Below are positions 63,776 to 64,000 of a stretch of 64,000 bases of DNA, in pieces. Within the stretch, counting starts at the first letter, position 1. Each line of letters opens with the position of its first letter. Origin of the DNA: Haliotis rubra. Its lineage: Eukaryota. The translations under genes were made by a program, and so were the position numbers. The notes under the pieces are model-generated. The model had not been told where the DNA came from and searched no databases. It saw only the letters and a list, made by a program, of their open reading frames with translations. The stretch covers positions 1,178,001-1,242,000 of the forward strand of contig NW_025765436.1 in assembly GCF_003918875.1 (NCBI RefSeq), read 5' to 3'.

Positions 63776-63937
63776 GTGAGTGAGTTGGGTTTTATGCCGC
63801 TTTTAGCAACATTCCAGCAATATCACGACGTGGACACCAGAAATGGGCTTCACACATTGTACCCATGTGGGGAATCGAACTCAGGTCCTCAGCATGATGA
63901 GCGAACACTTTAACCATTAGGCTACCCCACTGACCCT
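63776..63937 (-). mobile_element. Family A SINE, TSD GGATGCCACWATGA
   Basis: Body plus near-perfect TSD. Confidence 0.88.
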
Positions 63938-64000
63938 GGATGCCACAATGAACTGCCAGTACCAGCTCCATTTGGCCATGAAACCACCAATGGATCCTGA

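Noticed and set aside
49300-64000. N-terminal CAP exons (RLE motif, helical folded domain, HTTGL)
   Set aside because: Not found by inspection; presumed to lie beyond the window end.

Overview
Eukaryotic, AT-rich, intron-rich genomic DNA, most likely from a gastropod mollusc. The SINE families with (ACTC)n tails resemble those of abalone (Haliotis); this assignment is an inference. The window holds two convergent, 5'-incomplete genes. (1) A + strand gene, reconstructed from about 15 exons between 12 and 30551 with consistent splice phases. It encodes a very long acidic/Ser-rich disordered region ending in an RNase-inhibitor-type LRR domain that resembles LRRC73, and it has a probable alternative terminal exon at 12074-14104. 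(2) The 3' half of a - strand adenylyl cyclase-associated protein gene (CAP/Srv2), with six exons from 49294 to 36012 covering the polyproline, WH2 and CARP beta-helix regions; its N-terminal exons were not found in the window. Introns carry more than 25 SINE copies of at least four families, several MITE-like elements and about a dozen minisatellites. The most striking unexplained structure is that tandem repeats have amplified CAP's own splice sites. A 104-bp repeat creates five in-frame 18-nt AG/GT-bounded candidate microexons (DKKWVV/I), and a 43-bp repeat stacks 12 copies of one 3' splice site. Other candidates are an internal CAP first exon, a WH2 microexon, clustered PxIxIT-like motifs, a sense-strand SINE bias in CAP, a 5S-derived SINE and a decayed hammerhead-like motif. 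All exon calls come from reading the sequence by eye, with no transcript evidence.
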